Counted from the stretch's first letter, positions 10,034 to 20,774 are shown. The stretch is 64,000 nucleotides of DNA from an uncultured Clostridia bacterium (GCA_947624655.1 CANQLH010000002.1:4321-68320); one strand, 5' to 3'. Notes: generated by a model not told the origin, from the letters alone. A program made the numbers and translations.

Positions 10034-13000
10034 TTAATTTAAATAACTACTCCTTTGCTGAATATGTGACAGCCAAGTCTCATAAGGCTTTATTGCTTCA
10101 GCAACCGCTTTATCTTCACCTTCCTTTTTTACAAACAAAGCAAGCTGACTGCCGTTTTTGAGAATATCTTCATATTCTTTAAGCTGACTGTGCCAGACAA
10201 TACATTCTATCAGGCCAAAAGAAGAATAGATGTTTACAAAAGCGAAAGACTTGTTGTTTTTGTCCTTCTTTTTTTGCACTTTGGAAACTATGCCAACAAT
10301 GGTACATTTATCACCTATAGCAACATCTTCAAAGCTTTCAAGAATTTTATAAGCCTTATCGAAGGGATTATTGTTTACAAAAATCTGTAGAGCTTCAAAC
10401 TCCCAAAAATCCTCGTTTTGTAAATATTTCTGATTATCTTCTATGTACTTCTGATATTTCTTATTCTGTTCAGCGTCAAAGCTTATTTTCTTACGGCGGT
10501 TAAACTCTGTCAGAAGTGCAGCCTTGTCATAGTCATATTTTTTTGCCCCGTTTCTGTATGCTTCTATATTTATATTCCACTTTTCCTGTAAAATTTTATA
10601 AGAAGGAAGTGTCCTTGTTTCTGTAAACCTTGTGGGAATATATAAGGATTTAAGATACTTAATAAGTGTGGCTTTCTTATTTTTTGTAGGTATTGCTCCG
10701 GATTTTATAAGATAAACCATCTGAGCCGTATTAGGATTTACACGGCTACAAAAATCAGTCATAGATTTAAAGCCGTCTTTTCTTTCTGAAATAATCTGTT
10801 CAGCAAATGTTTCACCGATACCTCTTATAGCCGAAAGCCCAAAAAGTATTTTGCCGTTTTTTACAGAAAAATTCATTTCGGATTTATTTATATCAGGCGG
10901 CAAAACCTCAATGCCAAAATCCTTTGCGTCAAGTATGTATTTATTAAGCATTCCTGTTTTATCTTTATTAAGATTAAAAAGAGCTTTGAAAAAATACAGT
11001 GGATAATGAGCCTTCAAATATGCTGTTTGCAGACATATCACAGCATAACAGTATGAATGACTTTTATTAAAAAGATAACCGCCTTTCTCCGATAATTCAT
11101 CACTTATATGTTTTGCAAGCTCCTCACTGTATCCATTTTCTATGATTTCATTGTAAAGCTTTGCAGATTCAGTTTTCACAAGCTCAACATTTTTCTTGCC
11201 TATAGCCTTTCTGAAAAGGTCAGCCCCGCCATAACTTCTGCCACCAAAGGTTCTTACAATATCAAGAAGCTGTTCCTGATAAAGCATACAGCCGTAGGTG
11301 TTTTTAAGAATTGTTTCCATATCCTCATGTATAAAGCTAACCTTTTGAGGATTATGTTTACATTCTATGTATTCCTCTAAAGCTCCCATAGAATCAGGGC
11401 GGTAAAGAGCCAAAACAGCCGACAAATCCTCCAAACAGTCGGGTTTTAAGCGTAAAAGTAAATCTTTCATTCCTGCACTTTCTACCTGAAAAACACCATT
11501 TGTAAGAGCCTTATCCAAAAGCTCATAAGAAGCCTTGTCATTTTCAAAAGCAGGATTATTTATGGAGATTTCATAATCATCAATACCAGCATCAAGCTGA
11601 ATTTCTTTAATAAGTGAAAGTGTTTTGACTCCTAAAATATCAAACTTAACTATGCCTATTTCCTCTGTTATGCGTTTGTCTGTCTGTATAACACCCTCGC
11701 CCTTTTCGCCTTTTTTCATAGCTGCATAATCACTTATTTCACCGTCAACAATGCCAACTCCACCTGCGTGTGTGGAAACAGTTTTAACACGACCACTGAG
11801 CTTTGAAGCTATATCAAAAAACAGGGTATATTTAGGATTGTTTTCTACAAGTTGTCTGTTGTTTTTAAGACATTCCTCAAATGTGGGATAAGTAAATTTT
11901 TTACTCAGGCTGTCCATCTCGGCATATGAAAAGCCTAAAATTTTTCCTACATCTTTTATAGCAACAACAGGCGTTATAAAACTGAAATTAAGTATCTGAC
12001 AAACCTTATCACTGCCATATTTATCTGAAAGATAAGCTATAACAGCACTTCTATCTGATAGGTCAGAATCCACGTCTGGTAGTGACACTCTTTCAGGATT
12101 TAAAAATCTCTCAAAAATAAGACCGTATTTCATAGGGTCAATTTCTGTAATATGAAGAAGATAACAAACAAGACTTCCTGCACAACTTCCTCGTCCCGGC
12201 GCAACAGCAATATTCTTTGATTTAGCATAGTTTATAAAATCCCAAACTATAAGAAAATAGCCGTCAAAACCCATATTGTGAATTGTTTCGAGCTCATACT
12301 TGGTACGGCTTATATACTTTTCTTTTTCACTATTATCAAGCTTATTAAAGCCTCTCTCATACCAACCACGCTTTATGAGACTTTGCAGGAAAGAAAGATT
12401 ATCGGAAAAACCGTCAGGCAAAGGATAAGTAGGAAGTCTGGGAGACTGAAAAGGCATTTTAATTTCTTCTGTCATATCGGCTATTTTATTTGTATTTTCA
12501 AGCCCCTCACACACAGCCTCATAACCTATCTGAGAATCCATTATACCGTGAATTTCTTCATCACTCTGTATATAGCAGCCCTCATATATCTCACTTCCCG
12601 TTTCACTATCATGGGCAATCTGAACGTGTTTACTCTGATAATATAAATCTTCTTTTTTTGCAGCGTGGGAATCGGTTGTTATTACATAAGGAGTATCTGT
12701 AAGACGTGAAAGCTCCAGAATTTTCTTATTGTATAAAGCCTGTTCATTGTGAGAATGAGACTGCATCTCAAGATAAAAATAAGGAAAAACCTCTTTGTAT
12801 TCCTTTATGTAAGCAACACACTTGTCAATATCCGCTTCTCTCGCAAGCTTTGAAGCAAGACAGGCAGAGCATACAACTAAATCCTTACCGCAATCAAGCT
12901 CTCTGAAATCATTAAGGTCAACTCTTGGCTTATAATAAAACCCCTCAAAATTGGATTTTGTAACAAGCTTATTAAGAGCAATCCTGCCTTTTTCATTTCT

Positions 13001-13267
13001 TGCAAGAGCAATCAGGTGAAAGTATTTATTACCTTTATCTTTAACAGACTTATCAAAACATTCATAAAATTCAACGCCGTATATTATTTTTATTTCAGGA
13101 TAATCCTTTTTCAATTTTTCAAAATAAAAATGACTATAAATATTTCCATGCTCCGTAACCGCAAAAGCCTTTAAACCTACATTTTTAGCTCTCTCCATAC
13201 ACTCGTCAGGTGTAGAATAGCCGTCAAGAAGTGAATACATAGTATGATTATGAAGTGAAGAATACAT
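10034..13267 (-). CDS. dnaE: DNA polymerase III alpha subunit
   Basis: PHP domain LHNHTMYSLLDG; GRGSCAGSLV; FERFLNPER; PDVDSD; KFDILG; FNKSHS; C-terminal OB fold. Confidence 0.97.
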   Translation of the reverse strand: MYSSLHNHTMYSLLDGYSTPDECMERAKNVGLKAFAVTEHGNIYSHFYFEKLKKDYPEIKIIYGVEFYECFDKSVKDKGNKYFHLIALARNEKGRIALNKLVTKSNFEGFYYKPRVDLNDFRELDCGKDLVVCSACLASKLAREADIDKCVAYIKEYKEVFPYFYLEMQSHSHNEQALYNKKILELSRLTDTPYVITTDSHAAKKEDLYYQSKHVQIAHDSETGSEIYEGCYIQSDEEIHGIMDSQIGYEAVCEGLENTNKIADMTEEIKMPFQSPRLPTYPLPDGFSDNLSFLQSLIKRGWYERGFNKLDNSEKEKYISRTKYELETIHNMGFDGYFLIVWDFINYAKSKNIAVAPGRGSCAGSLVCYLLHITEIDPMKYGLIFERFLNPERVSLPDVDSDLSDRSAVIAYLSDKYGSDKVCQILNFSFITPVVAIKDVGKILGFSYAEMDSLSKKFTYPTFEECLKNNRQLVENNPKYTLFFDIASKLSGRVKTVSTHAGGVGIVDGEISDYAAMKKGEKGEGVIQTDKRITEEIGIVKFDILGVKTLSLIKEIQLDAGIDDYEISINNPAFENDKASYELLDKALTNGVFQVESAGMKDLLLRLKPDCLEDLSAVLALYRPDSMGALEEYIECKHNPQKVSFIHEDMETILKNTYGCMLYQEQLLDIVRTFGGRSYGGADLFRKAIGKKNVELVKTESAKLYNEIIENGYSEELAKHISDELSEKGGYLFNKSHSYCYAVICLQTAYLKAHYPLYFFKALFNLNKDKTGMLNKYILDAKDFGIEVLPPDINKSEMNFSVKNGKILFGLSAIRGIGETFAEQIISERKDGFKSMTDFCSRVNPNTAQMVYLIKSGAIPTKNKKATLIKYLKSLYIPTRFTETRTLPSYKILQEKWNINIEAYRNGAKKYDYDKAALLTEFNRRKKISFDAEQNKKYQKYIEDNQKYLQNEDFWEFEALQIFVNNNPFDKAYKILESFEDVAIGDKCTIVGIVSKVQKKKDKNNKSFAFVNIYSSFGLIECIVWHSQLKEYEDILKNGSQLALFVKKEGEDKAVAEAIKPYETWLSHIQQRSSYLN

Positions 13268-13279
13268 ATTTTCCTCCCT

Positions 13280-14206
13280 CTACTTTTCATCAACATCAAT
13301 TTCCGTAATTTCTTTGAATATTTCTTTATCAAAATTTGGAAGTGACATAATAATATTTTTCTGTTTGTTGCTTAACTCCTTCCACCAAGCGACCCTACAT
13401 TCAGAATTATCTATTTCTTTTAAATACCCACCTGTTATTTCTGCTTCGGGGTATTCTGCTTTTTCTTCGTCTGTCATATCCTCAAAATCGCAATATTCAA
13501 ATTTACTTTTTGGCATTCCATCCAAAAGGGAACGAGCATCGCTAGAGAACCAATCCTGATATGTCCAAGAAGTTGGTTTATTAAACATATAGATTTTTGG
13601 ATTTTTAGTATTAAAGAACCCATTAGAAAAACTACAATTATTCCAACTGCCGATATTATAATTACCTTTATTATGATTGCCAGCATTGTAATCACCAGTA
13701 TTATAACTTCCTGTGTTATTGTCACCTGCGTTGCCGTCACCGGTGTTCCAGATACCCGTGTTATAATGACCTGTATTCCAATTACCTGCGTTGCCGTCAC
13801 CAGTGTTGCGGGCACCCGTGTTATAATGACCTGTATTGTAATCACCAGTGTTATAATTCCCTGTATTAAGAAGTCCAGTACAATTTTTTCCAACATTCAC
13901 TATTTCAAGCAATTCAGCCCATGGAATCTCACGTACAATCCGAATTTTGTTGGTACAGGATTTTTCGCCATTAGAAACAACTTCACCAAGTGCGAGAACT
14001 TCTGCAACCTTATTTTTAGGGTCAAATGTGTAAAAATTAAAGCAATCAGCAGCCATTTGACAAAAGTGAAAACCACGTTCACAAATCCTTGGCTTTACAT
14101 TTTCTTCGTAAGTCTTACCCACTTCATATTGAAATGGAACACCGTCTGGATTACATGTCCAATCAGGATTAAATACCTTATAACCCTTAATTCCTTTTTC
14201 GCTCAT
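13280..14206 (-). CDS. Pentapeptide (NTGxx) repeat phage protein
   Basis: KGYKVFNPDWTC..GFHFC N-domain, about 17 N[TA]Gxx repeats, LPNFDKEIFKEIT end. Confidence 0.85.
   Translation of the reverse strand: MSEKGIKGYKVFNPDWTCNPDGVPFQYEVGKTYEENVKPRICERGFHFCQMAADCFNFYTFDPKNKVAEVLALGEVVSNGEKSCTNKIRIVREIPWAELLEIVNVGKNCTGLLNTGNYNTGDYNTGHYNTGARNTGDGNAGNWNTGHYNTGIWNTGDGNAGDNNTGSYNTGDYNAGNHNKGNYNIGSWNNCSFSNGFFNTKNPKIYMFNKPTSWTYQDWFSSDARSLLDGMPKSKFEYCDFEDMTDEEKAEYPEAEITGGYLKEIDNSECRVAWWKELSNKQKNIIMSLPNFDKEIFKEITEIDVDEK
13724..13837. repeat. Two near-identical 54-bp copies at a 60-bp period inside the pentapeptide gene
   Basis: acctgcgttgccgtcacc..cccgtgttataatgacctgtatt at 13724 and 13784. Confidence 0.9.
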
Positions 14207-14251
14207 AATTTCACTCCATTTCTATTATGTTGTTATAGATAATTCTAAATT

Positions 14252-14647
14252 TCAACTACTCAAAAGCTCGGAATTGTCGTGTATATTTCCTACTACCTCT
14301 ATTCCTCTATCTACCCAAAAGATAAAGTCTTCCCTTAAATAGTTATTTTCTATCCATTCAGTATAGATTCCACATTGTAAACCCTGCGTTATGCTATATT
14401 TTCCAAATTTAACAATGGCTTTATATTCCGTACCGTTTGTTTTAATAACTACAATATCGCCCTCAAAAATCTTAATTCCGTTTTTGTCGCTAAAGCCCGT
14501 GTACTGTCCTACAGTCTCGGTGTTAATATGTTCATAGTCCGTTGCATCATCGACATATATCATATTTGCGCCATATTGGTGTACATAATAGCCGTAGACC
14601 CAGACATTATCGTCCAAAGTCTTTCCTCTGAATAAAATCTCTCTCAT
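14252..14647 (-). CDS. YopX family protein
   Basis: MREILFRGK..WVYG..TVGQYTG..DKNGIKIFEGDIV..EVVGNIHDN. Confidence 0.92.
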   Translation of the reverse strand: MREILFRGKTLDDNVWVYGYYVHQYGANMIYVDDATDYEHINTETVGQYTGFSDKNGIKIFEGDIVVIKTNGTEYKAIVKFGKYSITQGLQCGIYTEWIENNYLREDFIFWVDRGIEVVGNIHDNSELLSS

Positions 14648-14662
14648 TTTAGACCACCTATT

Positions 14663-15193
14663 TTACTTTCTTATAATTTCATATATATAACTATTATGAT
14701 AATTTCCGTTCTTGTCTATTACGGTGTCACGCAGTTCTATCTTTCTACCACCATGCTTCTGACAAAACTTATCGTAGCTGCGCTGAGCAGGATTACAATC
14801 TATCATTCGCCACTCTATTCTGTGGTGGCGTTTAAATAATTTCATCATTTCTGTATATATATCTTTTCCAACGGTATAACTGCCTTTATGGAAAGAATAA
14901 AGCCCAAAATTATAGACACAGTCATTACAAAAATCTATATCATAATTAAAATAACCAATGATTTCTTCCTTACTATTGATAATAGCATATTCAAAGTGTC
15001 CTTCTACATATTCTCTACATATTTCAGGAATGTAATTGTTATAAAAGTCTCCATAATATAAACCTAAACTATCAGAATACATATTTTTGGCAAAAAGTTC
15101 TTCTATTTCCGCCTTATAAGCCAAAGCCGATACTAACATTTTTATCACCTTCTTTAAAATTTCATATTTATTTAGCCTAAAACTTTCTTCCAC
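14663..15193 (-). CDS. GNAT (RimJ/RimL-like) acetyltransferase-fold protein
   Basis: IIGYF..HRIEW..NPAQRSYDKF..G.YHNSYIYEI pattern; start likely at MLVSAL. Confidence 0.55.
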   Translation of the reverse strand: MEESFRLNKYEILKKVIKMLVSALAYKAEIEELFAKNMYSDSLGLYYGDFYNNYIPEICREYVEGHFEYAIINSKEEIIGYFNYDIDFCNDCVYNFGLYSFHKGSYTVGKDIYTEMMKLFKRHHRIEWRMIDCNPAQRSYDKFCQKHGGRKIELRDTVIDKNGNYHNSYIYEIIRK

Positions 15194-15380
15194 ACATCGG
15201 ACAATAATTTATATATACTATGTCTTGTTTTGCAGATAAACTTTGTTCATCAAAATCAGAACGAACTCTTAATAACCTTTCCTTTGGAAATAGTGTTGCT
15301 TGTATACCACTATAATATTGCGTATCAAAATTAAGCTCTTTTTGTTGTCCTGTACAAAATTCACATTTATCCATTATCAA
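15177..15380 (-). CDS. Small zinc-ribbon protein
   Basis: CEFC and INYCPMCGRK motifs. Confidence 0.75.
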   Translation of the reverse strand: MIMDKCEFCTGQQKELNFDTQYYSGIQATLFPKERLLRVRSDFDEQSLSAKQDIVYINYCPMCGRKF

Positions 15381-15418
15381 TCCTCATTTATTGTCCTATC
15401 ATACATCTGCATATTATC

Positions 15419-15778
15419 TTAATTTCCTCCCTTTAAAACCTCGGCAAACTTTGCATGCCATTTGTCTGAAACGCATCCTGTCAGAATATTTGCAAGAATT
15501 GATATTATGTCACCAACATCACACTCTGTTAAAAAGGAGTCTGCTTCTTTTATCTCGGACATTTTCCTCTCTATGACTTCGGCAAGGTTTACCTCTACAC
15601 TACCCCAGGAAATTTCAACTACATCGAGTAATTTAGCAAGCTCCAGCTTCGCTTTATCCCATTCGTCCATAGGCACCTGTTGGTCTTTTATGCCATAAAA
15701 GTAAACCTCTATATCATAATCCTTGTCCCACACCGTAACCTCTTTGTCAGTGCGTTCAAGCACATCATAAAGTGTCAT
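15419..15778 (-). CDS. Hypothetical protein
   Basis: Abuts upstream gene; coding-like composition. Confidence 0.7.
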   Translation of the reverse strand: MTLYDVLERTDKEVTVWDKDYDIEVYFYGIKDQQVPMDEWDKAKLELAKLLDVVEISWGSVEVNLAEVIERKMSEIKEADSFLTECDVGDIISILANILTGCVSDKWHAKFAEVLKGGN

Positions 15779-16177
15779 TTAATCAACCTTCCTCTCCGGC
15801 AGCTCTGCAATCGCCCTCGCTGCCTTCGCTGCCACTCGCCAGTTATAAGTATTTGACCAAGCTCTAAAAGGACTATTTTTATTAAGACAATGGTTATCTG
15901 CTCCGCCCCAAAGCATAGGACATAATTCACACCTGGTATTTTTTGTCCCCTCTCCCCTTGTATATTCACAACAGTAACACGTATTAAGCGGCATATCTTC
16001 CCTTTTGGTCTTCATCGCTTTAAAATAATCAGTTTTAAATACAATTTGCTTCTGCCTCTCTGTTTCCTTGGCTATCCATAGCCACATTTGGCGGTGTAAT
16101 CTGACAGCTTCTTCCCTTGTAAGTTCCATATCACAAACCTCCTCGCACATAAGTTCTGATACAACGTCATATATCAT
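15779..16177 (-). CDS. Cys-rich hypothetical protein, paralog of 45897-46274
   Basis: HRQMWLWI..CYCCEY..CELCP..WG..IAELPER; likely start 16129 after GAGGAGG. Confidence 0.75.
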   Translation of the reverse strand: MIYDVVSELMCEEVCDMELTREEAVRLHRQMWLWIAKETERQKQIVFKTDYFKAMKTKREDMPLNTCYCCEYTRGEGTKNTRCELCPMLWGGADNHCLNKNSPFRAWSNTYNWRVAAKAARAIAELPERKVD

Positions 16178-16213
16178 TGTTACTCAGTCATCATCGGACA
16201 CTAATACAATAGG

Positions 16214-16350
16214 TCAAATAAAATCTCGTGCTTTGATTTTTACTATTATTCTATTGCCTTACGGTCAAGCATATCAACGAACGGTTTACAAACTAAGCCT
16301 TCCATATCTGCTGTGCCTATAAATGTGTTGATTTTTGTGTATTTATACAT
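16214..16350 (-). pseudogene. Internally deleted, frameshifted RNA ligase-family remnant
   Basis: AAGGAG RBS; MYKYTKINT-FIGTADMEGLVCKPFVDMLDR then, one base shifted, GNRIIVKIKARDFI* (motifs IV EG and V KxK). Confidence 0.65.
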
Positions 16351-16396
16351 CTTATTTCTCCTTTTGTGAAATGTTTTCGAATATATATTCCTGTTT

Positions 16397-18157
16397 TTAT
16401 TGCCAAGAAGTTATATAATCCGTTATTTCCAAGTCCTTTATTACAAATTGTGGGGTCAGTATGCCGTTATAATTGTTTATTTCAGGCGTGCCTACTGCGT
16501 TCAGACAGATAAGAGCTTCATCTGCAAAAATATCGTTTGCGTAGTCGTAGAGAGGATTTCCCTCTGTACAATTAAACATTATGTAGGTTATGTCGTTATA
16601 TATAAATTTCAGCGTATTGTCATTTTTGCCTATTATGGAAACGTCAGAAAGATTTATTTCTATATTTTCAACTGCCGCTGTAGGCTTTTCTATGCCCTGA
16701 CCTGACAAATCGTCAAATGCTCTTAAATCCATTACAAAGGCTGTGTCAAGGCTTTCTGCATCAAGTATAAAATCTACTATATGAATTTTCTCATCAGGCA
16801 TATCCTTCAGAATTTTATTAAATTTCACTATTGCCTTGTTGAGGTTTTCAGCGGTTATCTCCACACCAAAAGCATTTGAGTGACCTTTTGCAAAACTAAA
16901 TTCTTTTGTCTGAGCTACTACATCTTTAAAGCTGTGAATGTTACTGTTGTTTGTATTTCTTGCAGAACCCTTGTAAATAATCTTCTCATCTTCATTTTCA
17001 TACCTCCTCAAAAGTATGCAGGGCTTTTGTAGACTGCTCGCAATCATAGCCGCTTCAAGGCCTGTAAGTGAGCCGTCGGCCAAATCTGTTACATCTGCCA
17101 TAATAACCTTATCCTGTGTGTCTCTGCAAACTTCAAAGATTTTGTCAAAGGATTTTACTCTTGCTCTGTCCTGCTTTGATTTTGCATTTTGTGAAAGCCT
17201 TGCTGCTCTTTGGTAAATATCTTCTCTGACAACTGTTCCGTCGCGTTTTTTATAGTTGTATTCTTCATAAATTTCAGCAAATGCCCTGAACAAAAGCTCT
17301 TTATCCTCATATGAACCAAAACGAATCATACCGTTTAAAAGCGGTGTAATGCACCACTGTATATTATGTATATTTATATGGTCATTCATATAATAGGACT
17401 GCTTTTCTATAAAAGCCTTGAAGCATTTGTTTGTTATTTCCGAAAGTCCTCTTTCTACGATATATTTTGTTTCGAGGCTTCGCATATCCATAACATCGCT
17501 TATGTTTGCAAGGGCACATATATCCAGATAATCATCTGCTAAAACAACATTACCATAGCTTTTAAAAATCTCGTCCAGTACCTGTAAAAAACGATAAACT
17601 ATGCCGGCACCGCAAAGACTTTTATTTTTGTATTCTGGGCTTGTCTGATTGTTTACTATAATTGCATAAGGATTTTCACATTCCTTTTCGTGGTGGTCAA
17701 GTATAATTATGTCAATTCCTTTTTCTTTCAGCCTTTTACAGGCTTCAGAATCGTTTGTCCCCGCATCGGGAATTATCAGAAGCTTTATATCATCTGATAT
17801 TTCCAAATCGGAAAGGTCGTGAGACTTCGCGATTTTGTGCATAAAATATTTCAGTGGATAAGGGTGATTAAACTCAGAACGACTATCTGTAAACTTATAT
17901 ATATAATCATAAAGCATAGCTGCCGAAATATAGCCGTCGGGGTCAGTATCAACCGTAATCCCTATAGGACTTTCTCTTATAATATGCTTTGTCAAAATTC
18001 CGGCTGCCTGACCTATGTTTTCCAAATCATATTTATCCTGCATAACGCTTTCATCAAGGTTTAAGTATTTTTCAGGATTTTCTATTCCTCTGTTTTTTAA
18101 AACTCTGAATACAATATTTTCTTCATCTGAATTATTTTCATATAGTTTGTATTCCAA
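16397..18157 (-). CDS. recJ: RecJ-like DHH ssDNA exonuclease
   Basis: DTDPDG, ILDHH, ANISDVMD, GSAR, GHSNAFG. Confidence 0.92.
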   Translation of the reverse strand: MEYKLYENNSDEENIVFRVLKNRGIENPEKYLNLDESVMQDKYDLENIGQAAGILTKHIIRESPIGITVDTDPDGYISAAMLYDYIYKFTDSRSEFNHPYPLKYFMHKIAKSHDLSDLEISDDIKLLIIPDAGTNDSEACKRLKEKGIDIIILDHHEKECENPYAIIVNNQTSPEYKNKSLCGAGIVYRFLQVLDEIFKSYGNVVLADDYLDICALANISDVMDMRSLETKYIVERGLSEITNKCFKAFIEKQSYYMNDHINIHNIQWCITPLLNGMIRFGSYEDKELLFRAFAEIYEEYNYKKRDGTVVREDIYQRAARLSQNAKSKQDRARVKSFDKIFEVCRDTQDKVIMADVTDLADGSLTGLEAAMIASSLQKPCILLRRYENEDEKIIYKGSARNTNNSNIHSFKDVVAQTKEFSFAKGHSNAFGVEITAENLNKAIVKFNKILKDMPDEKIHIVDFILDAESLDTAFVMDLRAFDDLSGQGIEKPTAAVENIEINLSDVSIIGKNDNTLKFIYNDITYIMFNCTEGNPLYDYANDIFADEALICLNAVGTPEINNYNGILTPQFVIKDLEITDYITSWQ

Positions 18158-18171
18158 TCTGCCACTCTCCT

Positions 18172-19197
18172 TTATCTTATTTTATAGATGTTATTCTCTG
18201 CCAAATACTGCCATTTTTGAGGATTGTCTGAAGGACTTTCTTTGTCAACAAGTATATTCTCTGTATCAAGCATTGTATAAACAGGTACGCCCTGGGGAAG
18301 GCTTTCTGCTATAAACTGTATTTCTTCTCTTGAAACGTCCTTGTCAAAGCAGAATACAAGCCTTGCCCCAAGTCTTACAAGCATATCAGCCTGGTAATCC
18401 GATAGTGTCTTGCCGCCCAAAGCACCTGAGTTGTAAAAACCATAGCTCCATAATTGAAGCACAAATTTTTCGGCTTCACCTATATAAATTACTCCCTTTT
18501 TCTTTATAAAAGGTAAGGTTTTGTAAAGACCGTAAATTATTTTAGTTTTGGAGCAAGGCTCTACATATATATACTTGCTTTTATTTTTGGGAACGTCCTT
18601 GTAAAAATACCTGCCCTTTACACCTGCCAAGTCTCCTAACTCTGTTCTTATAGGAATTGTTATGCGGTTGGATTTGGGGTCAAAGCCTATTTCAAATTCT
18701 GCTTGTGTTTCATAGGAAATATTGTCACCTAAGAAAATGTCGTTTACATAGGACTTATAATATGTAAGTATACTTTCACTTATGGGAGATAGAGGAGTGT
18801 TATCGGTTTCTGCACTACCTGTTTTCATATCATCAAGCATATCAAGAAGTTTAAGGCTTTGTGGTCTGTTTTCATTAAAGTCGGAATAATATGAAATACC
18901 TGTTTCCGCACACAAGAATTTTAAAGCAGCAATAAAATCAACTTGCTTTATAAACATAACAAGGTCGATTAAGTCTGTACTGCGCTTTGCAGATATCATA
19001 TTTCTTGTGAAATTAATACAACCCAGATTTTCATCATTATAGACTAAAATTGCTCCTTTATTGTCTCCGTCGGGATTCCCACAGGTGAAATAGCCCTTTG
19101 ACGTATGATATCTTATATGATGAGTGCCAAGAGCGGTCAGAAGCTGCTCTATATAGCCATTTTCGTAAATACAGCGTTTAAGCCCCCGTATATCCAT
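18172..19197 (-). CDS. DNA primase (Zn finger + TOPRIM)
   Basis: RITIPIR..GVKGR..SKYIY..YIGEAEK..FCFDKD; next to helicase. Confidence 0.88.
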   Translation of the reverse strand: MDIRGLKRCIYENGYIEQLLTALGTHHIRYHTSKGYFTCGNPDGDNKGAILVYNDENLGCINFTRNMISAKRSTDLIDLVMFIKQVDFIAALKFLCAETGISYYSDFNENRPQSLKLLDMLDDMKTGSAETDNTPLSPISESILTYYKSYVNDIFLGDNISYETQAEFEIGFDPKSNRITIPIRTELGDLAGVKGRYFYKDVPKNKSKYIYVEPCSKTKIIYGLYKTLPFIKKKGVIYIGEAEKFVLQLWSYGFYNSGALGGKTLSDYQADMLVRLGARLVFCFDKDVSREEIQFIAESLPQGVPVYTMLDTENILVDKESPSDNPQKWQYLAENNIYKIR

Positions 19198-19209
19198 CTG
19201 CCGCTCTCC

Positions 19210-20760
19210 TTAATCCTCATCAGACTTCTGCTTCTTTATAAAATATCCCACATTACGCCAAATATTTAAGTCAAGGTCTATCTCAAAAGCCATTAGTTTA
19301 TCTTTACTGCCGGAACGGTTTTTATCAGCTTTTATAGCAAAATACTGCTTTTTATAGTCCAGATTTTCTGTTACAGGCTCGCCCCAAGTTTTGTTTTCGG
19401 TGACAATACTGTACTTGCTGTAGATTTCTTTTGGTATTCTTTTGCCAAGGGTCAAAGCATCTGTAACGTGTTTTATTCCCTTTGCACCTGCTATATTATT
19501 GGAGCTTAAACTGAAAATATCCGTAAAAACAGTATCATCGGTAAGCTGAAATGTTATGAAGCCCGACATTTCAAGCTCTTTTGTAAGCTCTTTTAGCCGA
19601 GTAGCAGCCTGTTTTATAGCCGCCCAGTCTTCTGACTTATAGCCTTTAAGAGTATCATAGCAATAATAGGTTACGTTTGAAACAGCCTTATATTTGCGCA
19701 GTTCAAACTCAATTCTTGTATTGCTGTAATCGTCTCCCACATCGCAGAAAAGAAGCTTACCCTTGCTATGCTTGTCAATCCACTTTGCCACATTTACAAC
19801 GTCCCAATATTCATCTGATGTATTTTGTATTCTGCTTAAATATTCCTGCTTTGTTTCTGTAAATCTGCCTTCGCCGTCTTTTTTTCTGTAAATTATTTTC
19901 CCTTGCCTGTCACGATACATACCAAGTACGATTTCTTTTTCGGGTTTTATAAGGTCTATATTGTGCAGTTCTTTAAATTCTCTGTTGTTAAGAACAGTTG
20001 TTATAAGACAGCTTCTTAGCTTTTTCTCGCTCATTTCATTACTGATAAATAGAAAATTCCGGTTCTGTACAAGTACGACATAAGCCGCAAGCATCATAAG
20101 CTTTCTTGTCTTCCCCTCATTTGATAAAAAACCTTCAAGAATAATATCCTCTTTTGTAAGTCCCATAAAAAGCTCATTGTATAAAGCCCAAGGTGTTTTA
20201 AGTCCCATCATAGGCACGTCTATGTATGAATTTACAGTCTCCTCCATACTGTCAGTAAGACTTACTGCCTCCTTTGCGGCATTTATGACAGTGTGTATCT
20301 TATCAGCCTTTGTACGTATGGTACGATAAACATCGCTTGCAGTCATTTTATCGAAGTATCTGCTAGCCATTATTTTTTTGACAGGAAAACCATATCTTTC
20401 ATACTCACGCAGGAGAGAAAACTTTTTTACAGTATTATAATAATTCTGTATATCCTCTGTGTCTGCCAAATCCATAAAGCGTTTTATGGTTTTATAGCCA
20501 TTATATTTTTTATATTCCGAAAGTCGCTCACTATTCTGGCTCATAAATACATTAAGCTTTTTTTCGTCAACAGTCTGGGAAAAGGTCAGATAATAATTTT
20601 CAAGGCAGTCATACAAAAACCGTGTAACAGGGTCAGAAAAATCGTATTTACTTCGCATTAGATTTCCAAAGCTTACATATAAATCAGGCTTTTTGTAAAG
20701 AGCTCCCACAAAGCATATCTCCGACTGAACATTTGAAGTGTTAAAATCCTTTTCTTCCAT
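19210..20760 (-). CDS. DnaB-like replicative helicase
   Basis: Walker A-like SNEGKT, FISNEMS, YDTLK, TFQL, DKNRSG. Confidence 0.85.
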   Translation of the reverse strand: MEEKDFNTSNVQSEICFVGALYKKPDLYVSFGNLMRSKYDFSDPVTRFLYDCLENYYLTFSQTVDEKKLNVFMSQNSERLSEYKKYNGYKTIKRFMDLADTEDIQNYYNTVKKFSLLREYERYGFPVKKIMASRYFDKMTASDVYRTIRTKADKIHTVINAAKEAVSLTDSMEETVNSYIDVPMMGLKTPWALYNELFMGLTKEDIILEGFLSNEGKTRKLMMLAAYVVLVQNRNFLFISNEMSEKKLRSCLITTVLNNREFKELHNIDLIKPEKEIVLGMYRDRQGKIIYRKKDGEGRFTETKQEYLSRIQNTSDEYWDVVNVAKWIDKHSKGKLLFCDVGDDYSNTRIEFELRKYKAVSNVTYYCYDTLKGYKSEDWAAIKQAATRLKELTKELEMSGFITFQLTDDTVFTDIFSLSSNNIAGAKGIKHVTDALTLGKRIPKEIYSKYSIVTENKTWGEPVTENLDYKKQYFAIKADKNRSGSKDKLMAFEIDLDLNIWRNVGYFIKKQKSDED

Positions 20761-20774
20761 AAATAAACCACCTT

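Noticed and set aside
13600-13875. DGR template/variable repeat pair
   Set aside because: Copies are tandem within one gene, differences are not adenine-specific, and no reverse transcriptase is in the window
13474-14242. Overlapping Thr/Ile/Val-rich ORFs in other frames and on the plus strand
   Set aside because: Shadows of the 15-bp periodic repeat, with no RBS
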